Positions 27,901 to 42,900 of a stretch of 64,000 nt of DNA are shown here, piece after piece (positions within the stretch are counted from its first letter, which is position 1; every line of letters starts with the position of its first letter). The notes below the pieces were generated by a model. The model had not been told where the DNA came from. It was given only the letters and a program-made list of their open reading frames with translations, and ran no database searches. The position numbers and the translations under genes are program-made. Location: NCBI GenBank assembly GCA_964016885.1, contig OZ024743.1:222270001-222334000 (forward strand), in the 5' to 3' direction. This DNA comes from Eledone cirrhosa. Lineage: Eukaryota.

Positions 27901-30900
27901 TACTCTACCCAATCCAAGTGATCTATACTCTACCCAATCCAAGTGATCTATACTCTACCCAATCCAAGTGATCTATACTCTACCCAATCCAATTGATCTA
28001 TACTCTATCCCAATCCAAGTAATCTATACTCTATCCAATCCAAGTGATCTATACTCTACCCAATCCAAGTGATCTATACTCTACCCAATCCAAGTGATCT
28101 ATACTCTACCCAATCCAAGTGATCTATACTCTATCCAATCCAAGTGATCTATACTCTACCCAATCCAAGTGATCTATACTCTACCCAATCCAAGTGATCT
28201 ATACTCTACCCAATCCAAGTGATCTATACTCTATCCAATCCAAGTGATCTATACTCTACCCAATCCAAGTGATCTATACTCTATCCAATCCAAGTGATCT
28301 ATACTCTACCCAATCCAAGTGATCTATACTCTATCCAATCCAAGTGATCTATACTCTACCCAATCCAAGTGATCTATACTCTACCCAATCCAAGTGATCT
28401 ATACTTTACCCAATCCAAGTGATCTATACTCTACCCAATCCAAGTGATCTATACTCTACCCAATCCAAGTGATCTATACTCTACCCAATCCAAGTGATCT
28501 ATGCTCAACCCAATCCAGGTGATCTATACTCTACCCAATCCAAGTGATCTATACTCTACCCAATCCAAGTGATCTATACTCTACCCAATCAAAGTGATCT
28601 ATACTCTACCCAATCCAAGTGATCTATACTCTACCCAATCCAAGTGATCTATACTCTACCCAATCCAAGTGATCTATACTCTACCCAATCCAAGTGATCT
28701 ATACTCTACCCAATCAAAGTGATCTATACTCTACCCAATCCAAGTGATCTATACTCTACCCAATCCAAGTGATCTATACTCTACCCAATCCAAGTGATCT
28801 ATGCTCAACCCAATCCAGGTGATCTATACTCTACCCAATCCAAGTGATCTATACTCTATCCAATCCAAGTGATCTATACTCTACCCAATCCAAGGGATCT
28901 ATACTCTATCCAATCCAAGTGATCTATACTCTACCCAATCCAAGTGATCTATACTCTATCCAATCCAAGTGATCTATACTCTATCCAATCCAAGTGATCT
29001 ATACTCTACCCAATCCAAGTGATCTATACTCTATCCAATCCAAGTGATCTATACTCTATCCAATCCAAGTGATCTATCCTCTATCCAATCCAAGTGATCT
29101 ATACTCTACCCAATCCAAGTGATCTATACTCTACCCAATCCAAGTGATGTATACTCTATCCAATCCAAGTGATCTATACTCTACCCAATCCAAGTGATCT
29201 ATACTCTACCCAATCCAAGTGATCTATACTCGACCCAATCCAAGTGATTCTATCCTCTATCCAATCCAAGTGATCTATACTCTACCCAATCCAAGTGATC
29301 TATACTCTACCCAATCCAAGTGATCTATACTCTACCCAATCCAAGTGATCTATACTCTACCCAATCCAAGTGATCTATCCTCTATCCAATCCAAGTGATC
29401 TATACTCTACCCAATCCAAGTGATCTATACTCTAACCCAATCCAAGTGATCTATACTCTACCCAATCCAAGTGATCTATACTCTACCCAATCCAAGTGAT
29501 CTATACTCTACCCAATCCAAGTGATCTATACTCTATCCAATCCAAGTGATCTATCCTCTATCCAATCCAAGTGATCTATACTCTACCCAATCCAAGTGAT
29601 CTATACTCTATCCAATCCAAGTGATCTATACTCTACCCAATCCAAGTGATCTATACTCTACCCAATCCAAGTGATCTATACTCTACCCAATCCAAGTGAT
29701 CTATACTCTACCCAATCCAAGTGATCTATACTCTACCCAATCCAAGTGATCTATCCTCTATCCAATCCAAGTGATCTATACTCTACCCAATCCAAGTGAT
29801 CTATACTCTACCCAATCCAACTGATCTATACTCTACCCAATCCAAGTGATCTATACTCTATCCAATCCAACTGATCTATACTCTACCCAATCCAAGTGAT
29901 CTATACTCTACCCAATCCAAGTGATCTATACTCTATCCAATCCAAGTGATCTATACTCTATCCAATCCAAGTGATCTATACTCTATCCAATCCAAGTGAT
30001 CTATACTCTACCCAATCCAAGTGATCTATACTCTACCCAATCCAAGTGATGTACACTCTATCCAATCCAAGTGATCTATACTCTACCCAATCCAAGTGAT
30101 CTATACTCTATCCAATCCAAGTGATCTATACTCTATCCAATCCAAGTGATCTATACTCTACCCAATCCAAGTGATCTATACTCTACCCAATCCAAGTGAT
30201 CTATACTCTACCCAATCCAAGTGATCTATACTCTACCCAATCCAAGTGATCTATACTCTACCCAATCCAAGTGATCTATACTCTACCCAATCCAAGTGAT
30301 CTATACTCTACCCAATTCAAGTGATCTATACTCTATCCAATTAAAGTGATCTATACTCTACCCAATCCAAGTGATCTATACTCTACCCAATCCAAGTGAT
30401 CTATCCTCTACCCAATCCAAGTGATCTATACTCTACTCAATCCAAGTGATCTATACTCTACCCAATCCAAGTGATCTATACTCTACCCAATCCAAGTGAT
30501 CTATACTCTATCCAATCCAAGTGATCTATCCTCTATCCAATCCAAGTGATCTATACTCTACCCAATCCAAGTGATCTATACTCTATCCAATCCAAGTGAT
30601 CTATACTCTACCCAATCCAAGTGATCTATACTCTACCCAATCCAAGTGATCTATCCTCTATCCAATCCAAGTGATCTATACTCTATCCAATCCAAGTGAT
30701 CTATACTCTACCCAATCCAAGTGATCTATAATCTACCCAATCCAAGTGATCTATACTCTACCCAATCCAAGTGATCTATACTCTATCCAATCCAAGTGAT
30801 CTATACTCTACCCAATCCAAGTGATCTATACTCTACCCAATCCAAGTGATCTATACTCTATCCAATCCAAGTGATCTATACTCTACCCAATCCAAGTGAT

Positions 30901-33900
30901 CTATAATCTACCCAATCCAAGTGATCTATACTCTACCCAATCCAAGTGATCTATACTCTATCCAATCCAAGTGATCTATACTCTACCCAATCCAAGTGAT
31001 CTATCCTCTATCCAATCCAAGTGATCTATACTCTATCCAATCCAAGTGATCTATACTCTACCCAATCCAAGTGATCTATAATCTACCCAATCCAAGTGAT
31101 CTATACTCTATCCAATCCAAGTGATCTATACTCTACCCCATCCAAGTGATCTATACTCTACCCAATCCAAGTGATCTATACTCTACCCAATCCAAGTGCT
31201 CTATACTCTACCCAATCCAATTGATCTATACTCTATCCAATCCAAGTGATCTATACTCTACCCAATCCAATTGATCTATACTCTACCCCATCCAAGTGAT
31301 CTATACTCTACCCAATCCAATTGATCTATACTCTACCCAATCCAAGTGATCTATACTCTACCCAATCCAATTGATCTATACTCTATCCAATCCAAGTGAT
31401 CTATACTCTACCCAATCCAATTGATCTATACTCTACCCCATCCAAGTGATCTATACTCTACCCAATCCAATTGATCTATACTCTACCCAATCCAAGTGAT
31501 CTATACTCTACCCAATCCAAGTGATCTATACTCTACCCAATCCAATTGATCTATACTCTACCCCATCCAAGTGATCTATACTCTACCCAATCCAAGTGAT
31601 CTATCCTCTATCCAATCCAAGTGATCTATACTCTACCCAATCCAAGTGATCTATACTCTACCCAATCCAAGTGATCTATACTCTACCCAATCCAAGTGAT
31701 CTATCCTCTATCCAATCCAAGTGATCTATACTCTACCCAATCCAAGTGATCTATACTCTACCCAATCCAAGTGATCTATACTCTACCCAATCCAAGTGAT
31801 CTATACTCTATCCAATCCAAGTGATCTATACTCTACCCAATCCAAGTGATCTATACTCTACCCAATCCAAGTGATCTATACTCTACCCAATCCAAGTGAT
31901 CTATACTCTATCCAATCCAAGTGATCTATACTCTACCCAATCCAAGTGATCTATCCTCTATCCAATCCAAGTGATCTATACTCTACCCAATCCAAGTGAT
32001 CTATACTCTACCCAATCCAAGTGATCTATACTCTACCCAATCCAAGTGATCTATACTCTATCCAATCCAAGTGATCGATACTCTACCCAATCCAAGTGAT
32101 CTATACTCTACCCAATCCAATTGATCTATACTCTACCCCATCCAAGTGATCTATACTCTACCCAATCCAATTGATCTATACTCTACCCAATCCAAGTGAT
32201 CTATACTCTACCCAATCCAAGTGATCTATACTCTACCCAATCCAATTGATCTATACTCTACCCCATCCAAGTGATCTATACTCTACCCAATTCAAGTGAT
32301 CTATACTCTATCCAATTCAAGTGATCTATACTCTACCCAATCCAAGTGATCTATACTCTACCCAATCCAAGTGATCTATCCTCTACCCAATCCAAGTGAT
32401 CTATACTCTACCCAATCCAAGTGATCTATACTCTACCCAATCCAGTGATCTATACTCTACCCAATCCAAGTGATCTATACTCTATCCAATCCAAGTGATC
32501 TATCCTCTATCCAATCCAAGTGATCTATACTCTACCCAATCCAAGTGATCTATACTCTATCCAATCCAAGTGATCTATACTCTACCCAATCCAAGTGATC
32601 TATACTCTACCCAATCCAAGTGATCTATACTCTACCCAATCCAAGTGATCTATCCTCTATCCAATCCAAGTGATCTATACTCTACCCAATCCAAGTGATC
32701 TATACTCTACCCAATCCAAGTGATCTATACTCTACCCAATCCAAGTGATCTATACTCTACCCAATCCAAGTGATCTATACTCTATCCAATCCAAGTGATC
32801 TATACTCTACCCAATCCAAGTGATCTATACTCTACCCAATCCAAGTGATCTATACTCTACCCAATCCAAGTGATCTATACTCTATCCAATCCAAGTGATC
32901 TATACTCTACCCAATCCAAGTGATCTATCCTCTATCCAATCCAAGTGATCTATACTCTACCCAATCCAAGTGATCTATACTCTACCCAATCCAAGTGATC
33001 TATACTCTACCCAATCCAAGTGATCTATACTCTATCCAATCCAAGTGATCTATACTCTACCCAATCCAAGTGATCTATACTCTATCCAATCCAAGTGATC
33101 TATCCTCTATCCAATCCAAGTGATCTATACTCTACCCAATCCAAGTGATCTATACTCTATCCAATCCAAGTGATCTATACTCTACCCAATCCAAGTGATC
33201 TATACTCTACCCAATCCAAGTGATCTATACTCTACCCAATCCAAGTGATCTATCCTCTATCCAATCCAAGTGATCTATACTCTACCCAATCCAAGTGATC
33301 TATACTCTACCCAATCCAACTGATCTATACTCTACCCAATCCAAGTGATCTATACTCTATCCAATCCAACTGATCTATACTCTACCCAATCCAAGTGATC
33401 TATACTCTACTACCCAATCCAAGTGATCTATACTCTATCCAATCCAAGTGATCTATACTCTATCCAATCCAAGTGATCTATACTCTATCCAATCCAAGTG
33501 ATCTATACTCTACCCAATCCAAGTGATCTATACTCTACCCAATCCAAGTGATGTACACTCTATCCAATCCAAGTGATCTATACTCTACCCAATCCAAGTG
33601 ATCTATACTCTATCCAATCCAAGTGATCTATACTCTATCCCAATCCAAGTGATCTATACTCTACCCAATCCAAGTGATCTATGCTCAACCCAATCCAAGT
33701 GATCTATACTCTACCCAATCCAAGTGATCTATACTCTACCCAATCCAAGTGATCTATACTCTACCCCATCCAAGTGATCTATACTCTACCCAATCCAAGT
33801 GATCTATACTCTACCCAATTCAAGTGATCTATACTCTACCCAATCCAAGTGATCTATACTCTACCCAATTCAAGTGATCTATACTCTATCCAATTAAAGT

Positions 33901-36900
33901 GATCTATAATCTACCCAATCCAAGTGATCTATACTCTACCCAATCCAAGTGATCTATCCTCTACCCAATCCAAGTGATCTATACTCTACTCAATCCAAGT
34001 GATCTATACTCTACCCAATCCAAGTGATCTATACTCTACCCAATCCAAGTGATCTATACTCTATCCAATCCAAGTGATCTATCCTCTATCCAATCCAAGT
34101 GATCTATACTCTACCCAATCCAAGTGATCTATACTCTATCCAATCCAAGTGATCTATACTCTACCCAATCCAAGNNNNNNNNNNNNNNNNNNNNNNNNNN
34201 NNNNNNNNNNNNNNNNNNNNNNNNNNNNNNNNNNNNNNNNNNNNNNNNNNNNNNNNNNNNNNNNNNNNNNNNNNNNNNNNNNNNNNNNNNNNNNNNNNNN
34301 NNNNNNNNNNNNNNNNNNNNNNNNNNNNNNNNNNNNNNNNNNNNNNNNNNNNNNNNNNNNNNNNNNNNNNNNNNATCCAATCAAAGTGATCTATACTCTA
34401 CCCAATCCAAGTGATCTATACTCTACCCAATCCAAGTGATCTATACTCTATCCAATCAAAGTGATCTATACTCTACCCAATCCAAGTGATCTATACTCTA
34501 CCCAATCAAGTGATCTATACTCTACCCAATCCAAGTGATCTATACTCTATCCAATCCAAGTGATCTATACTCTACCCAATCCAAGTGATCTATACTCTAC
34601 CCAATCCAAGTGATCTATACTCTACCAATCCAAGTGATCTATACTCTATCCAATCCAAGTGATCTATACTCTACCCAATCCAAGTGATCTATACTCTACC
34701 CAATCCAAGTGATCTATACTCTATCCAATCCAAGTGATCTATACTCTACCCAATCCAAGTGATCTATACTCTACCCAATCCAAGTGATCTATACTCTATC
34801 CAATCAAAGTGATCTATACTCTACCCAATCAAGTGATCTATACTCTACCCAATCCAAGTGATCTATACTCTACCCAATCCAAGTGATCTATACTCTATCC
34901 AATCCAAGTGATCTATACTCTATCCAATCCAAGTGATCTATACTCTACCCAATCCAAGTGATCTATACTCTATCCAATCAAGTGATCTATACCTATCAAT
35001 CCAAGTGATCTATACTCTACCCAATCCAAGTGATCTATACTCTATCCAATCAAAGTGATCTATACTCTACCCAATCCAAGTGATCTATACTCTATCCAAT
35101 CCAAGTGATCTATACTCTACCCAATCCAAGTGATCTATACTCTACCCAATCCAAGTGATCTATACTCTATCCAATCAAAGTGATCTATACTCTACCCAAT
35201 CCAAGTGATCTATACTCTATCCAATCCAAGTGATCTATACTCTACCCAATCCAAGTGATCTATACTCTACCAATCCAAGTGATCTATACTCTATCCAATC
35301 CAAGTGATCTATACTCTACCCAATCCAAGTGATCTATACTCTACCCAATCCAAGTGATCTATACTCTATCCAATCAAGTGATCTATACTCCAATCAAGTG
35401 ATCTATACTCTACCCAATCCAAGTGATCTATACTCTATCCAATCCAAGTGATCTATACTCTACCCAATCCAAGTGATCTATACTCTATCCAATCCAAGTG
35501 ATCTATACTCTACCCAATCCAAGTGATCTATACTCTACCAATCCAAGTGATCTATACTCTACCCAATCCAAGTGATCTATACTCTATCCAATCAAAGTGA
35601 TCTATACTCTACCCAATCCAAGTGATCTATACTCTATCCAATCCAAGTGATCTATACTCTACCCAATCCAAGTGATCTATACTCTACCCAATCCAAGTGA
35701 TCTATACTCTACCCAATCCAAGTGATCTATACTCTACCCAATCAAAGTGATCTATACTCTACCCAATCCAAGTGATCTATACTCTACCCAATCCAGGTGA
35801 TCTATACTCTATCCAATCAAAGTGATCTATACTCTACCCAATCCAAGTGATCTATACTCTACCCAATCCAAGTGATCTATACTCTACCCAATCAAAGTGA
35901 TCTATACTCTACCCAATCCAAGTGATCTATACTCTACCCAATCCAGGTGATCTATACTCTATCCAATCAAAGTGATCTATACTCTACCCAATCCAAGTGA
36001 TCTATACTCTACCCAATCAAAGTGATCTATACTCTATCCAATCAAAGTGATCTATACTCTACCCAATCCAGGTGATCTATACTCTATCCAATCAAAGTGA
36101 TCTATACTCTACCCAATCCAAGTGATCTATACTCTATCCAATCAAAGTGATCTATACTCTACCCAATCCAAGTGATCTATACTCTATCCAATCCAAGTGA
36201 TCTATACTCTACCCAATCCAGTGATCTATACTCTATCCAATCAAAGTGATCTATACTCTACCCAATCCAAGTGATCTATACTCTATCCAATCCAAGTGAT
36301 CTATACTCTACCCAATCCAAGTGATCTATACTCTACCCAATCAAAGTGATCTATACTCTACCCAATCCAAGTGATCTATACTCTACCCAATCCAAGTGAT
36401 CTATACTCTATCCAATCAAAGTGATCTATACTCTACCCAATCCAAGTGATCTATACTCTACCCAATCAAGTGATCTATACTCTACCCAATCCAAGTGATC
36501 TATACTCTACCCAATCAAGTGATCTATACTCTACCCAATCCAAGTGATCTATACTCTATCCCAATCCAAGTGATCTATACTCTACCCAATCCAAGTGATC
36601 TATACTCTACCCAATCCAAGTGATCTATACTCTACCCAATCCAAGTGATCTATACTCTACCCAATCCAAGTGATCTATACTCTACCCAATCCAAGTGATC
36701 TATACTCTACCCAATCCAAGTGATCTATACTCTATCCAATCAAAGTGATCTATACTCTACCCAATCCAAGTGATCTATACTCTACCCAATCCAAGTGATC
36801 TATACTCTATCCAATCCAAGTGATCTATACTCTACCAATCCAAGTGATCTATACTCTACCCAATCCAAGTGATCTATACTCTACCCAATCCAAGTGATCT

Positions 36901-39900
36901 ATACTCTACCCAATCCAAGTGATCTATACTCTACCCAATCCAAGTGATCTATACTCTATCCAATCAAAGTGATCTATACTCTACCCAATCCAAGTGATCT
37001 ATACTCTACCCAATCCAGGTGATCTATACTCTATCCCAATCAAAGTGATCTATACTCTACCCAATCCAAGTGATCTATACTCTACCCAATCAAGTGATCT
37101 ATACTCTATCCAATCAAAGTGATCTATACTCTACCCAATCCAGTGATCTATACTCTATCCAATCAAGTGATCTATACTCTACCCAATCCAAGTGATCTAT
37201 ACTCTATCCAATCAAGTGATCTATACTCTACCCAATCCAAGTTATCTATACTCTATCCAATCAAAGTAATCTATACTCTACCCAATCCAAGTGATCTATA
37301 CTCTACCCAATCCAAGTGATCTATACTCTATCCAATCCAAGTGATCTATACTCTACCCAATCCAAGTGATCTATACTCTACCCAATCCAAGTGATCTATA
37401 CTCTACCCAATCCAAGTTATCTATACTCTATCCAATCAAAGTAATCTATACTCTACCCAATCCAAGTGATCTATACTCTACCAATCCAAGTGATCTATAC
37501 TCTATCCAATCCAAGTGATCTATACTCTATCCAATCCAAGTGATCTATACTCTACCCAATCCAAGTGATCTATACTCTACCCAATCCAGGTGATCTATAC
37601 TCTATCCAATCCAAGTGATCTATACTCTACCCAATCCAGTGATCTATACTCTATCCAATCAAAGTGATCTATACTCTACCCAATCCAAGTGATCTATACT
37701 CTACCCAATCCAAGTGATCTATACTCTACCCAATCCAGTGATCTATACTCTACCCAATCCAAGTGATCTATACTCTACCCAATCCAAGTGATCTATACTC
37801 TATCCAATCAAAGTGATCTATACTCTACCCAATCCAAGTGATCTATACTCTATCCAATCCAAGTGATCTATACTCTACCCAATCCAAGTGATCTATACTC
37901 TACCCAATCCAAGTGATCTATACTCTACCCAATCCAAGTGATCTATACTCTACCCAATCAAAGTGATCTATACTCTACCCAATCCAAGTGATCTATACTC
38001 TACCCAATCCAGTGATCTATACTCTACCCAATCCAAGTGATCTATACTCTATCCAATCCAAGTGATCTATACTCTACCCAATCCAAGTGATCTATACTCT
38101 ATCCAATCCAGGTGATCTATACTCTACCCAATCCAGGTGATCTATACTCTATCCAATCAAAGTGATCTATACTCTACCCAATCCAAGTGATCTATCCTCT
38201 ATCCAATCAAAGTGATCTATACTCTACCCAATCCAAGTGATCTATACTCTACCCAATCCAGGTGATCTATACTCTACCCAATCCAGGTGATCTATACTCT
38301 ACCCAATCCAAGTGATCTATACTCTATCCAATCAAAGTGATCTATACTCTACCCAATCCAAGTGATCTATACTCTATCCAATCCAAGTGATCTATACTCT
38401 ACCCAATCCAAGTGATCTATACTCTACCCAATCCAAGTGATCTATACTCTACCCAATCCAAGTGATCTATACTCTATCCAATCAAAGTGATCTATACTCT
38501 ACCCAATCCAAGTGATCTATACTCTACCCAATCCAAGTGATCTATACTCTATCCAATCCAAGTGATCTATACTCTACCCAATCCAAGTGATCTATACTCT
38601 ACCCAATCCAAGTGATCTATACTCTATCCAATCCAAGTGATCTATACTCTACCCAATCCAAGTGATCTATACTCTACCCAATCCAGTGATCTATACTCTA
38701 TCCAATCCAAGTGATCTATACTCTACCCAATCCAGTGATCTATACTCTATCCAATCAAAGTGATCTATACTCTACCCAATCCAAGTGATCTATACTCTAT
38801 CCAATCAAGTGATCTATACTCTACCCAATCCAAGTGATCTATACTCTATCCAATCCAAGTGATCTATACTCTACCCAATCCAAGTGATCTATACTCTACC
38901 CAATCCAAGTGATCTATACTCTACCCAATCCAAGTGATCTATACTCTACTCAATCAAAGTGATCTATACTCTACCCAATCCAAGTGATCTATACTCTACC
39001 CAATCCAGGTGATCTATACTCTATCCAATCAAAGTGATCTATACTCTACCCAATCCAAGTGATCTATACTCTACCCAATCAAAGTGATCTATACTCTATC
39101 CAATCAAAGTGATCTATACTCTACCCAATCCAAGTGATCTATACTCTACCCAATCCAAGTGATCTATACTCTATCCAATCAAAGTGATCTATACTCTACC
39201 CAATCCAAGTGATCTATACTCTACCCAATCAAAGTGATCTATACTCTATCCAATCAAAGTGATCTATACTCTACCCAATCCAGTGATCTATACTCTATCC
39301 AATCAAGTGATCTATACTCTACCCAATCCAAGTGATCTATACTCTATCCAATCAAAGTGATCTATACTCTACCCAATCCAAGTGATCTATACTCTATCCA
39401 ATCCAAGTGATCTATACTCTACCCAATCCAAGTGATCTATACTCTATCCAATCAAGTGATCTATACTCTACCCAATCCAAGTGATCTATACTCTATCCAA
39501 TCCAAGTGATCTATACTCTACCCAATCCAAGTGATCTATACTCTACCCAATCAAAGTGATCTATACTCTACCCAATCCAAGTGATCTATACTCTACCCAA
39601 TCCAGGTGATCTATACTCTATCCAATCAAAGTGATCTATACTCTACCCAATCCAAGTGATCTATACTCTATCCAATCAAAGTGATCTATACTCTACCCAA
39701 TCCAAGTGATCTATACTCTATCCAATCAAAGTGATCTATATCTACCAATCCAAGTGATCTATACTCTATCCAATCAAAGTGATCTATACTCTACCCAATC
39801 CAAGTGATCTATACTCTACCCAATCCAAGTGATCTATACTCTATCCAATCAAAGTGATCTATACTCTACCCAATCCAAGTTATCTATACTCTATCCAATC

Positions 39901-42900
39901 AAAGTAATCTATACTCTACCCAATCCAAGTGATCTATACTCTACCCAATCCAAGTGATCTATACTCTATCCAATCCAAGTGATCTATACTCTACCCAATC
40001 CAAGTGATCTATACTCTACCCAATCCAAGTGATCTATACTCTATCCAATCCAAGTGATCTATACTCTACCCAATCCAAGTGATCTATACTCTACCCAATC
40101 CAGGTGATCTATACTCTATCCAATCCAAGTTATCTATACTCTACCCAATCCAGGTGATCTATACTCTATCCAATCAAAGTGATCTATACTCTACCCAATC
40201 CAAGTGATCTATACTCTATCCAATCAAAGTGATCTATACTCTACCCAATCCAAGTGATCTATACTCTATCCAATCCAAGTGATCTATACTCTACCCAATC
40301 CAAGTGATCTATACTCTACCCAATCCAGTGATCTATACTCTATCCAATCAAAGTGATCTATACTCTACCCAATCCAAGTGATCTATACTCTACCCAATCA
40401 AAGTGATCTATACTCTATCCAATCAAAGTGATCTATACTCTACCCAATCCAAGTGATCTATACTCTACCCAATCCAGGTGATCTATACTCTATCCAATCA
40501 AAGTGATCTATACTCTACCCAATCCAAGTGATCTATACTCTACCCAATCAAAGTGATCTATACTCTATCCAATCAAAGTGATCTATACTCTACCCAATCC
40601 AGGTGATCTATACTCTATCCAATCAAAGTGATCTATACTCTACCCAATCCAAGTGATCTATACTCTATCCAATCAAAGTGATCTATACTCTACCCAATCC
40701 AAGTGATCTATACTCTATCCAATCCAAGTGATCTATACTCTACCCAATCCAAGTGATCTATACTCTATCCAATCAAAGTGATCTATACTCTACCCAATCC
40801 AAGTGATCTATACTCTATCCAATCCAAGTGATCTATACTCTACCCAATCCAAGTGATCTATACTCTACCCAATCAAAGTGATCTATACTCTACCCAATCC
40901 AAGTGATCTATACTCTACCCAATCCAGGTGATCTATACTCTATCCAATCAAAGTGATCTATACTCTACCCAATCCAAGTGATCTATACTCTATCCAATCA
41001 AAGTGATCTATACTCTACCCAATCCAAGTGATCTATACTCTACCCAATCAAAGTGATCTATACTCTACCCAATCCAAGTGATCTATACTCTACCCAATCC
41101 AAGTGATCTATACTCTACCCAATCCAAGTGATCTCTTCTCTATCCAATCCAAGTGATCTATACTCTACCCAATCCAAGTGATCTATACTCTACCCAATCC
41201 AAGTGATCTATACTCTATCCAATCCAAGTGATCTATACTCTACCCAATCCAAGTGATCTATACTCTATCCAATCAAAGTGATCTATACTCTACCCAATCC
41301 AAGTGATCTATACTCTACCCAATCCAAGTGATCTATACTCTATCCAATCCAAGTGATCTATACTCTACCCAATCCAAGTGATCTATACTCTACCCAATCC
41401 AGGTGATCTATACTCTACCCAATCCAAGTGATCTATACTCTACCCAATCCAAGTGATCTATACTCTACCCAATCCAAGTGATCTATACTCTATCCAATCA
41501 AAGTGATCTATACTCTACCCAATCCAAGTGATCTATACTCTACCCAATCCAGGTGATCTATACTCTATCCAATCAAAGTGATCTATACTCTACCCAATCC
41601 AAGTGATCTATACTCTACCCAATCAAGTGATCTATACTCTATCCAATCAAAGTGATCTATACTCTACCCAATCCAGGTGATCTATACTCTATCCAATCAA
41701 AGTGATCTATACTCTACCCAATCCAAGTGATCTATACTCTATCCAATCAAAGTGATCTATACTCTACCCAATCCAAGTTATCTATACTCTATCCAATCAA
41801 AGTAATCTATACTCTACCCAATCCAAGTGATCTATACTCTACCCAATCCAAGTGATCTATACTCTATCCAATCCAAGTGATCTATACTCTACCCAATCCA
41901 AGTGATCTATACTCTACCCAATCCAAGTGATCTATACTCTACCCAATCCAAGTGATCTATACTCTATCCAATCAAAGTATCTATACTCTACCCAATCCAA
42001 GTGATCTATACTCTACCCAATCCAAGTGATCTATACTCTATCCAATCCAAGTGATCTATACTCTATCCAATCCAAGTGATCTATACTCTACCCAATCCAA
42101 GTGATCTATACTCTACCCAATCCAGGTGATCTATACTCTATCCAATCCAAGTTATCTATACTCTACCCAATCCAGGTGATCTATACTCTATCCAATCAAA
42201 GTGATCTATACTCTACCCAATCCAAGTGATCTATACTCTACCCAATCCAAGTGATCTATACTCTACCCAATCCAGGTGATCTATACTCCATCCAATCCAA
42301 GTTATCTATACTCTACCCAATCCAGGTGATCTATACTCTACCCAATCCAAGTGATCTATACTCTACCCAATCAAGTGATCTATACTCTATCCAATCAAAG
42401 TGATCTATACTCTACCCAATCCAAGTGATCTATACTCTATCCAATCCAAGTGATCTATACTCTACCCAATCCAAGTGATCTATACTCTACCCAATCCAAG
42501 TGATCTATACTCTACCCAATCCAAGTGATCTATACTCTACCAATCAAAGTGATCTATACTCTACCCAATCCAAGTGATCTATACTCTACCCAATCCAGTG
42601 ATCTATACTCTACCCAATCCAAGTGATCTATACTCTATCCAATCCAAGTGATCTATACTCTACCCAATCCAAGTGATCTATACTCTATCCAATCCAGGTG
42701 ATCTATACTCTACCCAATCCAGGTGATCTATACTCTATCCAATCAAAGTGATCTATACTCTACCCAATCCAAGTGATCTATCCTCTATCCAATCAAAGTG
42801 ATCTATACTCTACCCAATCCAAGTGATCTATACTCTACCCAATCCAGGTGATCTATACTCTACCCAATCCAGGTGATCTATACTCTACCCAATCCAAGTG

